Program-made: the position numbers and the translations under genes | The notes under the pieces: model-generated | The model's input: the letters and a program-made list of their open reading frames with translations, nothing else | Told to the model about the DNA's origin: nothing | Databases searched by the model: none | Source: the human T2T-CHM13v2.0 reference genome, Homo sapiens | Reading direction: 5' to 3' (one strand) | DNA length: 64,000 bases | Assembly (NCBI RefSeq): GCF_009914755.1 | Contig: NC_060926.1 | In this document: piece by piece, positions 19,259-35,061 of the stretch | How positions within the stretch are numbered: position 1 is the stretch's first letter | Layout: each line of letters starts with the position of its first letter

Positions 19259-19327
19259 AATCTGATATTGATGCTGCTGCTGCAATGATGCTTTTAAATA
19301 CTTCTATAGAACAAGGAATTTTAGAAT
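19259..19327 (+). CDS. FOXN2: FOXN2 coding exon (E-SDIDAAAAMMLLNTSIEQGILE-C)
   Basis: tttttcccttttcag acceptor, AT|gtaagt donor. 69 nt, phase 1 to 1. Confidence 0.95.
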
Positions 19328-19529
19328 GTAAGTAATCATGCCTTTTTTAAAAAAAAATTTTAGTGCCTTTTCAAATTTAACCTAGACTATAAAATAACTA
19401 TTACAGACAAAAATTACTTCTTTCCAACCAAATTGTATTTTGATCTGAGTAACTCAGTTTCTGTTTTATTATACTTTCATTAATTTATGTGAGCAATTGA
19501 GAGATTGAAGTTAATGCTTCGATTTTTCT

Positions 19530-20760
19530 TACATTGACCAAGAAATGAAGAAAAATATATTTAGAAAATGAACTCAAAGAGCTAAAAGTAAAAATGAAAA
19601 CTATAAACAAGAAAATATAATAAGTAAAGTATATTTATGAACTTGGACTAGGAAAAGCTTTCTTTAAGATACAAAATGCAAAATCCATGAAGGAAAAAAA
19701 TGGGTAAATTTAATAAAACATCAAAATTTTAGCATTCTGGTCAGGCATGGTGGCTCACGTCTGTAATCCTAGCACTTTTGGGAGAACAAGGCAGGTGGAT
19801 CACTTGAGACCAGGAGTTCCAGATCAGCCTGGGCAACATGGCAAAACTCCATCTCTACAAGAAATACAAAAATTAGCCAGATGTGGTGGTGCATGCCTGT
19901 AGTCCCAGCTACTCAGGAGGCTGAGGTGGGAGAATTGCTTGAACCTGGGAGGTGGGGGTTGCAGTGAGCCATGAGCACTGCAGTGAGCTGGAGAGCACTG
20001 CACTCCAGTCTGAGGGACAGAGTGAGACTCTGTCTCCAAAAAAAAAAAAGCATTCTGACAACAAAATATATCTAAGAAAAGTGACATAAAATGCTGGAGA
20101 CATGTTTTTTCCATATATAACAAAGGATTAGTATCAAGTATATACATAAAAAGGATTCTGCAAGTAAGAAATAAGAAAACAGTTCAACCGGAAAGTCAGC
20201 AAAATATATGACTAGGTGGATCTTAGAAGAGGAAATATATGTGGGCAATACACATGTGAAAAGATGTGTAACTTCGCTAGAAATTCGGGAAACACAAAAT
20301 GAAATAATATTGAGGTAACTTTTTTGTCCATAAAATTATAAAAAATTTAAGTAATTGAGAATGGTGTTAAGTAGGGAGTAAGTTTTGTCATACACTGTTG
20401 GGAGTAAATTGGTACAACCACTTTGGAGGGCAATTTGAGAATACCAATTATAATTTTAAATGTATATATCCCTTAGCAATTTTTTCATATCTCTTTTTAA
20501 AAATTACTTGCATATATTCAAGAAAAGGCATCCAGAAGGATTTGTATTGCAGCATGATTTATACTAATGAAAAATTGGAAACAGCCTAAATATTAACACG
20601 GAAGTGATTAGCTAAACAGTGGTACATTCATATTGAGGCATTCCTTGTAAGCAATTCAAAATAGTTACATATGCTATAGAAAAGTCAAGACATTGTTAAA
20701 TGGTTTTTAAATGTTTCAAATTAATGCTTGCAAAATGATGTGATCTGGGTAAAAAAAAAT
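19530..20760 (+). mobile_element. Old L1M(E) 3' fragments with AluJ at 19739-20049
   Basis: GTAAATTGGTACAACCACTTTGGAGGGCAATTTG L1 motif. Alu TSD AGCATTCT. Confidence 0.75.
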
Positions 20761-20886
20761 AAAAAATCTACAAAGCATCATGAATCTAAAACATTTGTTG
20801 CTCAAGAGTAATGTAGTAGTTTAAAATTGGTCTGTTTTTGCAACCAAACACATTTGACCTATTGATGGAACTTTTATTTTCCACAG

Positions 20887-21410
20887 GTGAGAAGCCTCTT
20901 CCTCTTAAAACAGCATTGCAAAAAAAGAGGAGTTACGGCAATGCATTTCATCATCCCAGTGCTGTACGATTACAAGAGAGTGATTCTTTAGCCACCAGCA
21001 TTGATCCAAAAGAAGATCACAATTACAGTGCAAGTAGCATGGCAGCACAGCGTTGTGCATCCAGGTCTAGCGTGTCTTCCCTGTCTTCTGTGGATGAGGT
21101 ATATGAATTTATCCCAAAGAATAGTCACGTGGGAAGTGATGGCAGTGAAGGATTTCACAGTGAAGAAGATACAGACGTTGATTATGAAGATGATCCTCTT
21201 GGAGACAGTGGCTATGCATCACAGCCTTGTGCAAAAATCTCTGAAAAAGGGCAGTCAGGCAAAAAGATGCGAAAACAGACATGTCAAGAAATTGATGAGG
21301 AGCTCAAAGAGGCAGCTGGATCTCTGCTCCACCTTGCTGGAATTCGTACATGTTTAGGTTCCCTAATAAGTACTGCAAAGACACAAAATCAAAAGCAACG
21401 GAAAAAATAG
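20887..21410 (+). CDS. FOXN2: FOXN2 last coding exon (C-EKPLPLK...DSGYAS...EAAGSLLHLAG...QKQRKK*)
   Basis: ttttattttccacag acceptor, TAG stop 21408-21410. The translation is recognisable as the FOXN2 (HTLF) C-terminus. Confidence 0.96.
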
Positions 21411-24400
21411 AAATACTTAAAGTGTGGCAATACTCTTTCACTTAATTCTTTACAAGGGATATCAAAGCCATAATGGACTTCATTAGTTTTAGGGTAGGGA
21501 AGGGATACTAATTACTTATTTCTTTCAAAACATTTTTGGTTTTTGGTTTTTAAAATTTTTATTAAACAATTGCTGTTAGGATCATGCCTGATCAGAAATA
21601 CATGATGTGAAGTCCTAAAAGCATAATTTTTGTGATAAATGTGTCCAAGATTTGAAAATTTTTATATAAGAAAATCCCCAGCCTCTGTCTTAAACTTGTG
21701 GGACAAAAATCCTTTCTTCTGTTAATATGTCAGAATGTAAGATTTGGCAACTCGATAAATTTTTTTCATTTTCTTTTCCAATCTGTAACTATAGTTACTG
21801 AACCAGCTAAAAATTTTGCTGATGTATTTTTCATATACTTCTCTCCTGACACGCAATCCGGTAACATAAGATTGAAATTTTTTTACTTTGTCTTAATTTG
21901 TTTCTAATTTTTTTTTTGTTGTCGTGTGAGCAAAGACAAACATAAATTGAAAAACATCCTGATGTTTAGAAAGTTTCTTTTGGTTACGTAGGTAGAGAAT
22001 ACAACAAAGAGTTCTAAGACTTAGAAAAGACAATTTTGTGGTGTCATTTCATCCAAGAACACTCCCAATTCCTATTAGAATGGTAGCTTTGAAGTGTTTT
22101 TACTTCAGAGATCCTGCATAGCATTTATTGGGGCCTTTTATTCTTTCCCAAAGTGCTTTGCAAACATTAAGTTTTAGCCACTAGCTGCCTTTGTTGAGTA
22201 TAAGTTATCCAGTGAGAGGATATAGCCAATTAAGTGTGTTATGGAGTACACCCATTTTGACACACTTGTAATAAGAGAATCTTTCATTTGCCTGCCATGT
22301 GTACTGTATTATGAGAATCTTATAATCGGAATGGAGTGAAATGAAACATTTTGAGTACTGATGGCATGTTATCATACATAAAGTAGGTCATTTAGGAAAA
22401 AACTTCTGTCCAAGCTTTGTATGAATTAAATTCATAAGTATACCAAATTAAATCTTAATAGATTTAATGCAATTTTACAGACACAATACCTTCATGAATT
22501 TCAAAATTCATATAAAATTTGATCTTATGCAATACACCTTTTTGAGGAGGCAGTGTAACAACCTATAGTGCCATTGATCCATGAGAAAAAGATTTTCTGG
22601 TACTACTCCAAAAGTGCTTTGACTAAGTATCTTAACTATTTGAACAGTCTGCTTATATGAGACAGTTTTTCATAGTATCATTTGTATAATTTGATTAGAT
22701 TATTCAGAAACAATAGGATGCTAAACTAATTCATTGTATCTTTTTTTTACAATGGTGGAAGCAACTTTCTGAAAGTTCAGTCTTATGCTACATCCTAAGT
22801 CATAGACAATGACCTTGTTTTCATTATTCTGATAGATTGTATACATATGTACACATACATATACACATATGCACAGTCAAGGTCATGATGTTGATTTGCT
22901 TTCAGCTGTTTCTGTGATTATAAAGCATTTTTTAAGAGACAAATTTTAACTTTTAATTTTTATTTTGGCAAAACTGTCAAATGAGAAAAATGATTTTAAA
23001 AACTTTTTTTTCAATTGACAAGACTTTAAGTCAGGGATAACAGTATTAATGTTCTCTGTTCTGTTTCCATGTTAAATTTAATTTAACCTGGATAGCCACA
23101 TTAATGAATTGGTGCTGTCAAAATATAGTAATTTTTAAATTTGTTAATAATGAAAACCCTTAAGCATGCAGGATGAGGTATTTGGGTTTTTTTTTTAGAT
23201 CGATCACATCTACAGAAAATGGCTAAACCAAGTTAACTTTTATTATAGACAGTGAATAAAACACCAAAAACCCAAAAATGCTTTAACCACAGTATAAATA
23301 ATAGATTATACACATCATCTTAATAACTATTTTTAAGTTATTTACCATAGCCTCTGTATAGACCTTAGGAACAGTGTTTCAGTGATCTGGCACCAGTTTA
23401 TTTTGTTCTGCTGAAATTCTGTATCACAAATGTGCTACCTGGTTTTTGTCCATTAGATAATTACTCTTTATAAGGAAAGGAAAGAGAAGCAGAGTTAGTT
23501 CCAGCTCTAATAGGGATCTTCAAAGTTATTTTGTCTTGATGTATGTAACAGTAATTCTTTACATCTTTTGATTTTTCTCTTCCTTTTTATTCACTCTTCC
23601 CACGAATTTAAATGTTTAAGTTATATTCATCACTAGCAAGGATGATAAACACTTGTGCACTGAAAGCTAACAGGGAGAGGTTACACAATATTTTACAGTT
23701 TCTTAAACATAATTTAATGCATCACCTTCCACTTGCTAACATACCAAGTCAGTTATTTTCAAGGGAAGAACCTTTTAAATTATGGTCCTCCATTTACTAC
23801 TTCCACTGAGAGTATGCTCTCATTCCTCAGGTGTTTTGAGAAACATGACTAATAACCACACAATTAAGTAGAGTCATTCCAAGTCCTATGGCCTGGAAAT
23901 TGTATTCCCTATAATATACAAATTTTCCTGTAATAAAGTCAACTTAGAAACTCCAAGGAGGTTACATGTTTTCCAACATATCCTAAAAACTGTGATATAA
24001 GCTAACATATAATTTGCCTTACGTCAAAAGAATATGTTTTGTTGCAGCTGATTCCAGTTTATAATAGATCCCTAGTAAAAAGCTTTGATTCAACACAATT
24101 GTTCATCTTCACATCCCAAACAGAATCACTGTTTCTTGAATATATATTTTTGAAGTTTTTTTGTGCAATATATTACTAAATCAGTTATTATTTTACTTTT
24201 CCAAATTCAGAGAAAGAAAACAGATTACCTGAATTCATGGAAAAGGTGGATCACCTCCCTTTTTCCACCTTCAAGCCTTTCCTGTCCTCATAGCCAGCAT
24301 GACTTCTTTTAACTTGGATTCCTTTGTATATAGTAAAGTTTAGTATATATATATTTTTTTCTTTTTGCTACTTTCTGAGGCATTATGTAAAGGGCTCATA

Positions 24401-25258
24401 CTAGATGTTCAGTTAAATATACTTTAGCACAAAGTCAAACTAGAGAATGTGTTAAGGAGGGAATGTATATGTCTTGGTAGACCAGGAGGCCTTTGCCAGC
24501 AATTTAAGCAACAGATGTGAATACTTCACAAAGCTGTAAAGACCATTGTCTTAAATACTACAACAACTTAACACCCTTTTGTGAAGATCACAGCATTTAT
24601 CTAAGAAACTGTGAGGCTTTCTGGTTTACATATATCTTACAGGTGTTTTTTTGTATTTTTTTTTTTTTTTAGTTTGAAATGTGTAAGCTTTGATTTAAAC
24701 CAAGTTTACTTCAGTATGTTAATGATGTAGTAAAAATATTTATTGAAAGGTGAATTCGAGTATTTTAATGTTATACCTGCCATTTTTTTTCTTAAAGCAT
24801 ATTCTTTGCATCTAACTGCCAGTGCCATTGTCAAAACTTATTTTTTAAATCGTTGTACATTTCTTATTAAACTAAGTGCTTAATTTTAAAGTATTATGTT
24901 GCCATCATATAGTGTATAAAAATGTATAATTGCCAATTGATTGTAACTATTATTTATTTTTAAATGAAAGTGTAAGAATGCTTTCTGATTCAACAAATTT
25001 GTTATCAAACTGTTTCCTTATCCTCTTTTCTGATGTAGCATAAAAATTGTCCCGGTTTGAGTTATAACTGCCAGTAGATGACCAGTCACAAGTGAACCAC
25101 TTCTCAGTTGCCAATCTTTGCTCATATTAAAAACAACTTACAAATACTTAGTTTTTGTATCTAATCTCTGATTATTAAAATGTTTATAAAGTTTATTTTT
25201 ACCAAAGAGATGCAATTCATTATGAGAAAGTATTGCATAATAAATTTTGTTTTATAAC
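21411..25258 (+). other. FOXN2: FOXN2 3'UTR (~3.85 kb, AU-rich, no obvious transposons)
   Basis: Unique AT-rich sequence from the stop codon to the AATAAA/U-rich site. Interspersed repeats resume just after it. Confidence 0.8.
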
Positions 25259-25280
25259 TTTTTTTGTGCTTTCTCTGATC
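25239..25280 (+). terminator. Polyadenylation signal and downstream U/GU-rich element
   Basis: AATAAA at 25239-25244, followed ~15 nt later by TTTTTTTTGTGCTTTCTCTG. Confidence 0.75.
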
Positions 25281-25504
25281 TTTTGTAGGATAGGGTGGGA
25301 CAGGAGAAGGATGGTAGGGCAGATGTGATGGCTATACTTCTACACACACTTTCCATTCAAATTGGAGTCAAGGAAATGAAAAATGCAGTTTAATTTCAAT
25401 TTTTTTAAAAGTATTTTTTATGGTTTTTAGATGTTAATTACTGAAAGCTAAAATGACATTAATTAAATTACTATCTTCCTAAAGTTAAACTTCTTTTCCT
25501 ATTA

Positions 25505-30505
<5,001 letters not shown>

Positions 30506-30511
30506 GAAGAA

Positions 30512-30990
30512 TGTTGGGAACAGGCCCCCAAAACTGGCCATAAACAAAATCTCTGCAGCACTGTGACATGTTCGTGATGGCCATGACGCCCACACTGAAG
30601 GTTGTGGGTTTACTGGAATGAGGGCAAGGAACACCTGGCCCATCCAGGGCACAAAACCACTTAAAGGAGTTCCTGAACCGCAAAGAACAGAATGAGCGAT
30701 CTGTGCCTTAAGGACATGTTCCTGCTGCAGATAACTAGCCAGACCCATCCCTTTGTTTTGGCCCATCCCTTTATTTCCCCTAAGAAATGCTTTTAGTTAA
30801 TCTATAGAAACAATGCTTATCACTGGCTTGCTGTCAATAAATATGTGGGCAAATCTTTGTTTGGGGCTCTCAGCTCTGAAGGCTGTGAGACCCCTGATTT
30901 CCCACTCCACATGCTATATTTCTGTGTGTGTGTCTTTAATTCCTCTAGTGCTGCTGGGTTAGGGTCTCCCTGACTGAGCTGGTCTCGGCA
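30512..30990 (+). mobile_element. 5' LTR (MER9), 479 bp
   Basis: TGTTGGGAACAGGCCCCC...GGTCTCGGCA, AATAAA at 30836-30841. Confidence 0.93.
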
Positions 30991-30992
30991 AG

Positions 30993-31020
30993 TGGCGCCC
31001 ATACGTAGGGCTCGAACCCA
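30993..31020 (+). other. Primer-binding site, tRNA-Lys(CUU)
   Basis: TGGCGCCCATACGTAGGGCTCGAACCCA, 2 nt after the LTR, complementary to the tRNA-Lys 3' end. Confidence 0.88.
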
Positions 31021-31161
31021 GGTTGAAGGGTCGCCAGAGCGACAGTTGGAGAACGTGAAACTAAGCTGGAGGACACTCGAGTACTCTTAAAGCAATTCCT
31101 GTGGTGAGTAAGAAGGGGAGCTCGGAAGCATCAAGGGGAGCTCGGAAGCATCAGGGTAACA

Positions 31162-32446
31162 ATGGGACAAGTGTGGGCTCTGGTTCGTTCCACCTTGGAA
31201 CCTTTTCACACTGATGATGAGGAGGAAGGAGAGTATAACGAAGTAACAGAGCAGGTTTGTTTGCCAGCTAAAGCTAAAGTGGCAAAGGAGGGAGAGGTTC
31301 ATCCCTACCCTTCTGCACCCCCTCCTTATTTTGAAGAAAAAGAGTGGCCTGACCCTCCAGATCTTTCTTTTCCAGAGGACACTGGGCGAAAAGTAGTTGC
31401 CCCAGTGACTGTTCGAGCAGCACCTTGAGCGACCACTCTCAGTTCTACTCAGGCAGGAATCCAGCAAGCTAGAAGAGAGGGTGATTTAGAGGTTTGGCAG
31501 TTCCCTGTTAGAATACACCCCCCAGATCAACAGGGAAATATTAAAGCTACATTTGAGCCTTTTCCTTTTAAATTAGCTCGGTTACAGGAGTCTCTTAAAA
31601 AGGTGATTGCAGGCAGCATGGGGGCTCAGTGGCTCACGCCCCTAATCCCAGCACTTTGGGAGGCCGAGATGGGCGGATCACGAGGTCAGGAGATCAAGAC
31701 CATCCTGGCTAACATGGTGAAAGCCCATCTCTACTAAAAATCCAAAAAAATTAGCCGGATGTGGTGGCAGGCGCCTGTAGTCCCAGCTACTGGGGAGGCT
31801 GAGACAGGAGAATGGTGTGAAACCAGGAGCTTGCAGTGAGCTGGGATCATGCCACTGCACTCCAGCCTGGGGAACAGAGTGAGACTCCGTCTCAAAAAAA
31901 TAAAATAAAAAAAAGGTGATTGTAGATTTGGCTGCTCAGGATATAGTGTTGCGGTTATTAGCTTTCGACAATGCTAATCCTGATTGCCAGGCTGCTGTGT
32001 GACCTATTAGACGGAAAGCACATTTAGTTGATTATATCAAGGCCTGTGACGGTAGCGGAGGTAATCTGCATAAGGCCACTCTGCTAGCCCAGGCAATGGC
32101 AGGACTGAGAGTGGACAAAGGAAATACTCCATTTCCTGGAGCTTGTTTTAACTGTGGGAAGCATGGTCATGCTAAAAAAGAATGTAGAAAAAATCAGCAA
32201 GTCAGGCCACCAGATAGGGGAAAAAAGAAAACTGCTGAGCCTGAAATATGTCCAAAATGTAAAAAAGGAAAACATTGGGCTAGTCAGTGTCATTCTAAGT
32301 TTGATAAAGAAGGGAACCTGATTTTGGGAAATGCCATGAGGGGCCCGTCCCATGCCCTGTTCCAAACCGGGGCATTTCCGGCTCAGGCCATTTCCTCACC
32401 CCTGTACAATGTCTGTCCCCTGACACAGCCGGTAGTGCTGCAGTAG
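31162..32446 (+). pseudogene. gag: gag remnant: MGQ start, PSAPPPY, CA fragments, two CCHC zinc knuckles. Has stops, deletions and an Alu insertion.
   Basis: CFNCGKHGHAKKEC and CPKCKKGKHWASQC. TGA at 31426-31428. CA sequence jumps at ~31573. Confidence 0.9.
31612..31909 (+). mobile_element. AluY-type inserted into gag
   Basis: GGCTAACA and AATGGTGTGA diagnostics. TSD AAAAAGGTGATTG(C/T)A at 31597-31611 and 31910-31924. Confidence 0.9.
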
Positions 32447-33240
32447 ATTTATGCTACACAAAAGCAGTGAGCCTTCTGCCTGGGGAACCCCCACAAAAGG
32501 TCCCACCAGGAGTCTGTGGACCCTTGCCAGTGGGGACGATAGGATTACTTCTAGGAAGGTCTAGTTTGAATTTAAAAGGAGTACAAATACATACAGGAGT
32601 CATTTATTCAGATTACAATGGGGAAATTCAAATTGTGATATCTACTTCTGTTCCCTGGAAAGCAGAGCCAGGAGAGCGCATAGCACAGCTCCTGATTGTG
32701 CCATATGTGGGAATGGGGAAAAGTGAAATTAAATGAACAGGAGGATTTGGAAGCACAAATAAACAAGGCAAAGCAGCTTACTGGGTAAATCAAATTACTG
32801 ATAAACGTCCTACCTGTGAAATAACTATTTATGGAAAGAAATTTAAAGGTTTGGTAGATACAGGAGCAGACATTTCAATCATTTCTCTACAGCACTGGCT
32901 GTCCACGTGGCCAATTCAATCCACTCAATGTAATATGGTTGGAGTTGGTAAAGCCCCTGAAGTATATCAAAGTAGTTATATTTTGTGTTGTGAAAGTCCC
33001 GATGGACAATCTGGGACTATTCAACCAATTATAACTTCTGTACCTATAAATTTATGGGGGAGAGATTTATTACAACAATGGGGAGCACAAGGTCTAATTC
33101 CTGAACAATTATACAGCCCTCAAAGTCAACATATGACATGAAATGGGGTATGTCCCTGGTATGGGACTAGGAAAAAATTTGCAAGGTTTGAAGGAACTGC
33201 TTCAGGCAGAAAGACAAAGTTCCCACTAAGGTTTATGTTA
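32326..33240 (+). pseudogene. pro: pro remnant: dUTPase, aspartic protease, G-patch
   Basis: GRSS, GVIYSDYNGEI, AQLL and GGFGST dUTPase motifs. LVDTGAD and WGRDLL protease motifs. [11 protein letters not shown]-patch. In-frame stops. Confidence 0.9.
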
Positions 33241-35061
33241 TCATTTTTGATGGTGGCCATTGTTAAGCCTCCAGAACCTATACCTTTAAAATGGTTAACA
33301 GATAAGCCAATTTGGATAGAACAATGGCCACTAAGCAAAGAGAAACTGGAGGCTTTAGAAGACTTAATTACTGAACAGTTAGAAAAAGGACACATAGCTA
33401 CAACATTTTCCTCTTGGAATTCTCCAGTTTTCGTAATTAAGAAAAAATCAGGTAAATGGAGAATGTTGACAGATCTTAGAGCCATTAACTCGGTTATACA
33501 ACCTATGGGGACATTACAGCCAGGATTGCCTTCCCCTGCTATGATTCCAAAAAATTGGCCTTTAATCATCATAGATTTAAAACACTGTTTCTTTACTATC
33601 CCCTTAGCTGAGCAAGACTGTCAATGGTTTGCATTTACAATTCCTGCAGTAAACGACCTGCAGCCTGCTAAGTGTTTTCATTGGAAAGTGTCCCACAAGG
33701 CATGTTAAACAGTCCAACAATTTGCCAGACTTATGTAGGACAAGCAATTGAACCTACTTGTAAAAAATTTTCACAGTGTTACATTATTCATTATGTGGAC
33801 AATATACTTTGTGCTGCCCCCACTCTAGAAATATTACTCCAATGTTATGATCACTTGCAAAATTCGATTTCTTGCACTGATTTAATTATAGCTCCTGACA
33901 AAATTCGGACTACTACTCCTTACTCCTACTTGGGGACCTTAGTAAATGACACTACCATTGTGCCACAGAAAGTAACCGTACATAGGGATCAATTGAAAAC
34001 ATTAAATGACTTTCAAAAATTACTAGGGGACATTAATTGGATACAACCTGCTGTAGGCATTCCTACCTATGCCATGAGTAATCTATTTTCTATTCTTAGA
34101 GGAGATACTAGTCTCACTAGCCCTCGGCAATTAACAAAAGAAGCTAAGGCAGAGTTACAGCTGATTTAAAAGCAAGTCCATAAGGCTCAAATAAATAGAA
34201 TAGATCCAGAGAAGACTCTAGATTTGCTAATTTTTCCAACTCACCATTCACCTACTGGTGTTATTGTCCAAGAGCAGGACTTAGTAGAATGGCTTTTTCT
34301 TCCACATACTAATTCATGGACTCTAACTCCTTATTTGGATCAAATTGCTACTATGATAGGTAATGGGAGAACTAGGATTGTTAAATGACATGGATATGAT
34401 CCTGGAAAAATTAATGTCCCTCTCACAAGGGCACAAATACAGTAAGCTTTTATAAACAGTCTTACTTGGCAAACCCATTTAGCTGACTTTGTGGATATTC
34501 TTGATAATCATTTTCCTAAAATGAAACCGTTTCAATTTTTGAAATTAACTGATTGGATCCTCCCTAGAATAACTAAATTTAAACCAATTGAAGGTGCTGA
34601 GAATGTTTTTACAGATGGGTCTAGTAATGGTAAAGAATAGTAAACACATTACTGGCATCCCATATAATTCTCAAGGACAAGCCACTGTAGAACAAATGAA
34701 TCTCTCCCTGAAACAGCAGTTGCAAAAACAGAAAGGGGGAAACAGGGATTACGGGACAGCCCATATACAATTGAATCTAGCATTATTAACTTTAAAGTTT
34801 TTGAGCCTGCTTAAAGCCCAGATGTTGTCAGCAGCTGAACAACATCTACAGAAACCAGCTGCAAAGACAGAAGCAGAACAACTTGTTTGGTGGAGAGATC
34901 CAATAACAAAAAGTTGGGAAATAGGTAAAATAATAACTTGGGATAGAGGTTATGCTTGTGTTTCTCCAGGACCGAATCAACAGCTGATTTGGATACCATC
35001 AAGATGCCTGAAACCTTATCATGAACTAGATGCTGAAGAAGAGATTCCAGGAGGATCCTGA
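33235..35061 (+). pseudogene. pol: pol remnant: RT, RNase H start, integrase C-terminal half
   Basis: [32 protein letters not shown] (degenerate YMDD), FTDGS, HITGIPYNSQGQ. Frameshift near 33680, stops, and a deletion at ~34635. Confidence 0.92.

Noticed and set aside
20838-20886. N-terminal MQPNTFDLLMELLFSTG of the 190-aa ORF
   Set aside because: Intronic sequence upstream of the acceptor at 20886, with a TTG start. The true frame comes from the upstream exon.
21001-21357. 118-aa overlapping ORF in the last FOXN2 exon
   Set aside because: Alternative-frame shadow ORF with a TTG start, no recognisable motif and no independent entry.
33235-34169. Possibility of a functional reverse transcriptase
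   Set aside because: Frameshift near 33680, catalytic motif changed to YVDN, downstream stops, and RNase H/integrase deleted.
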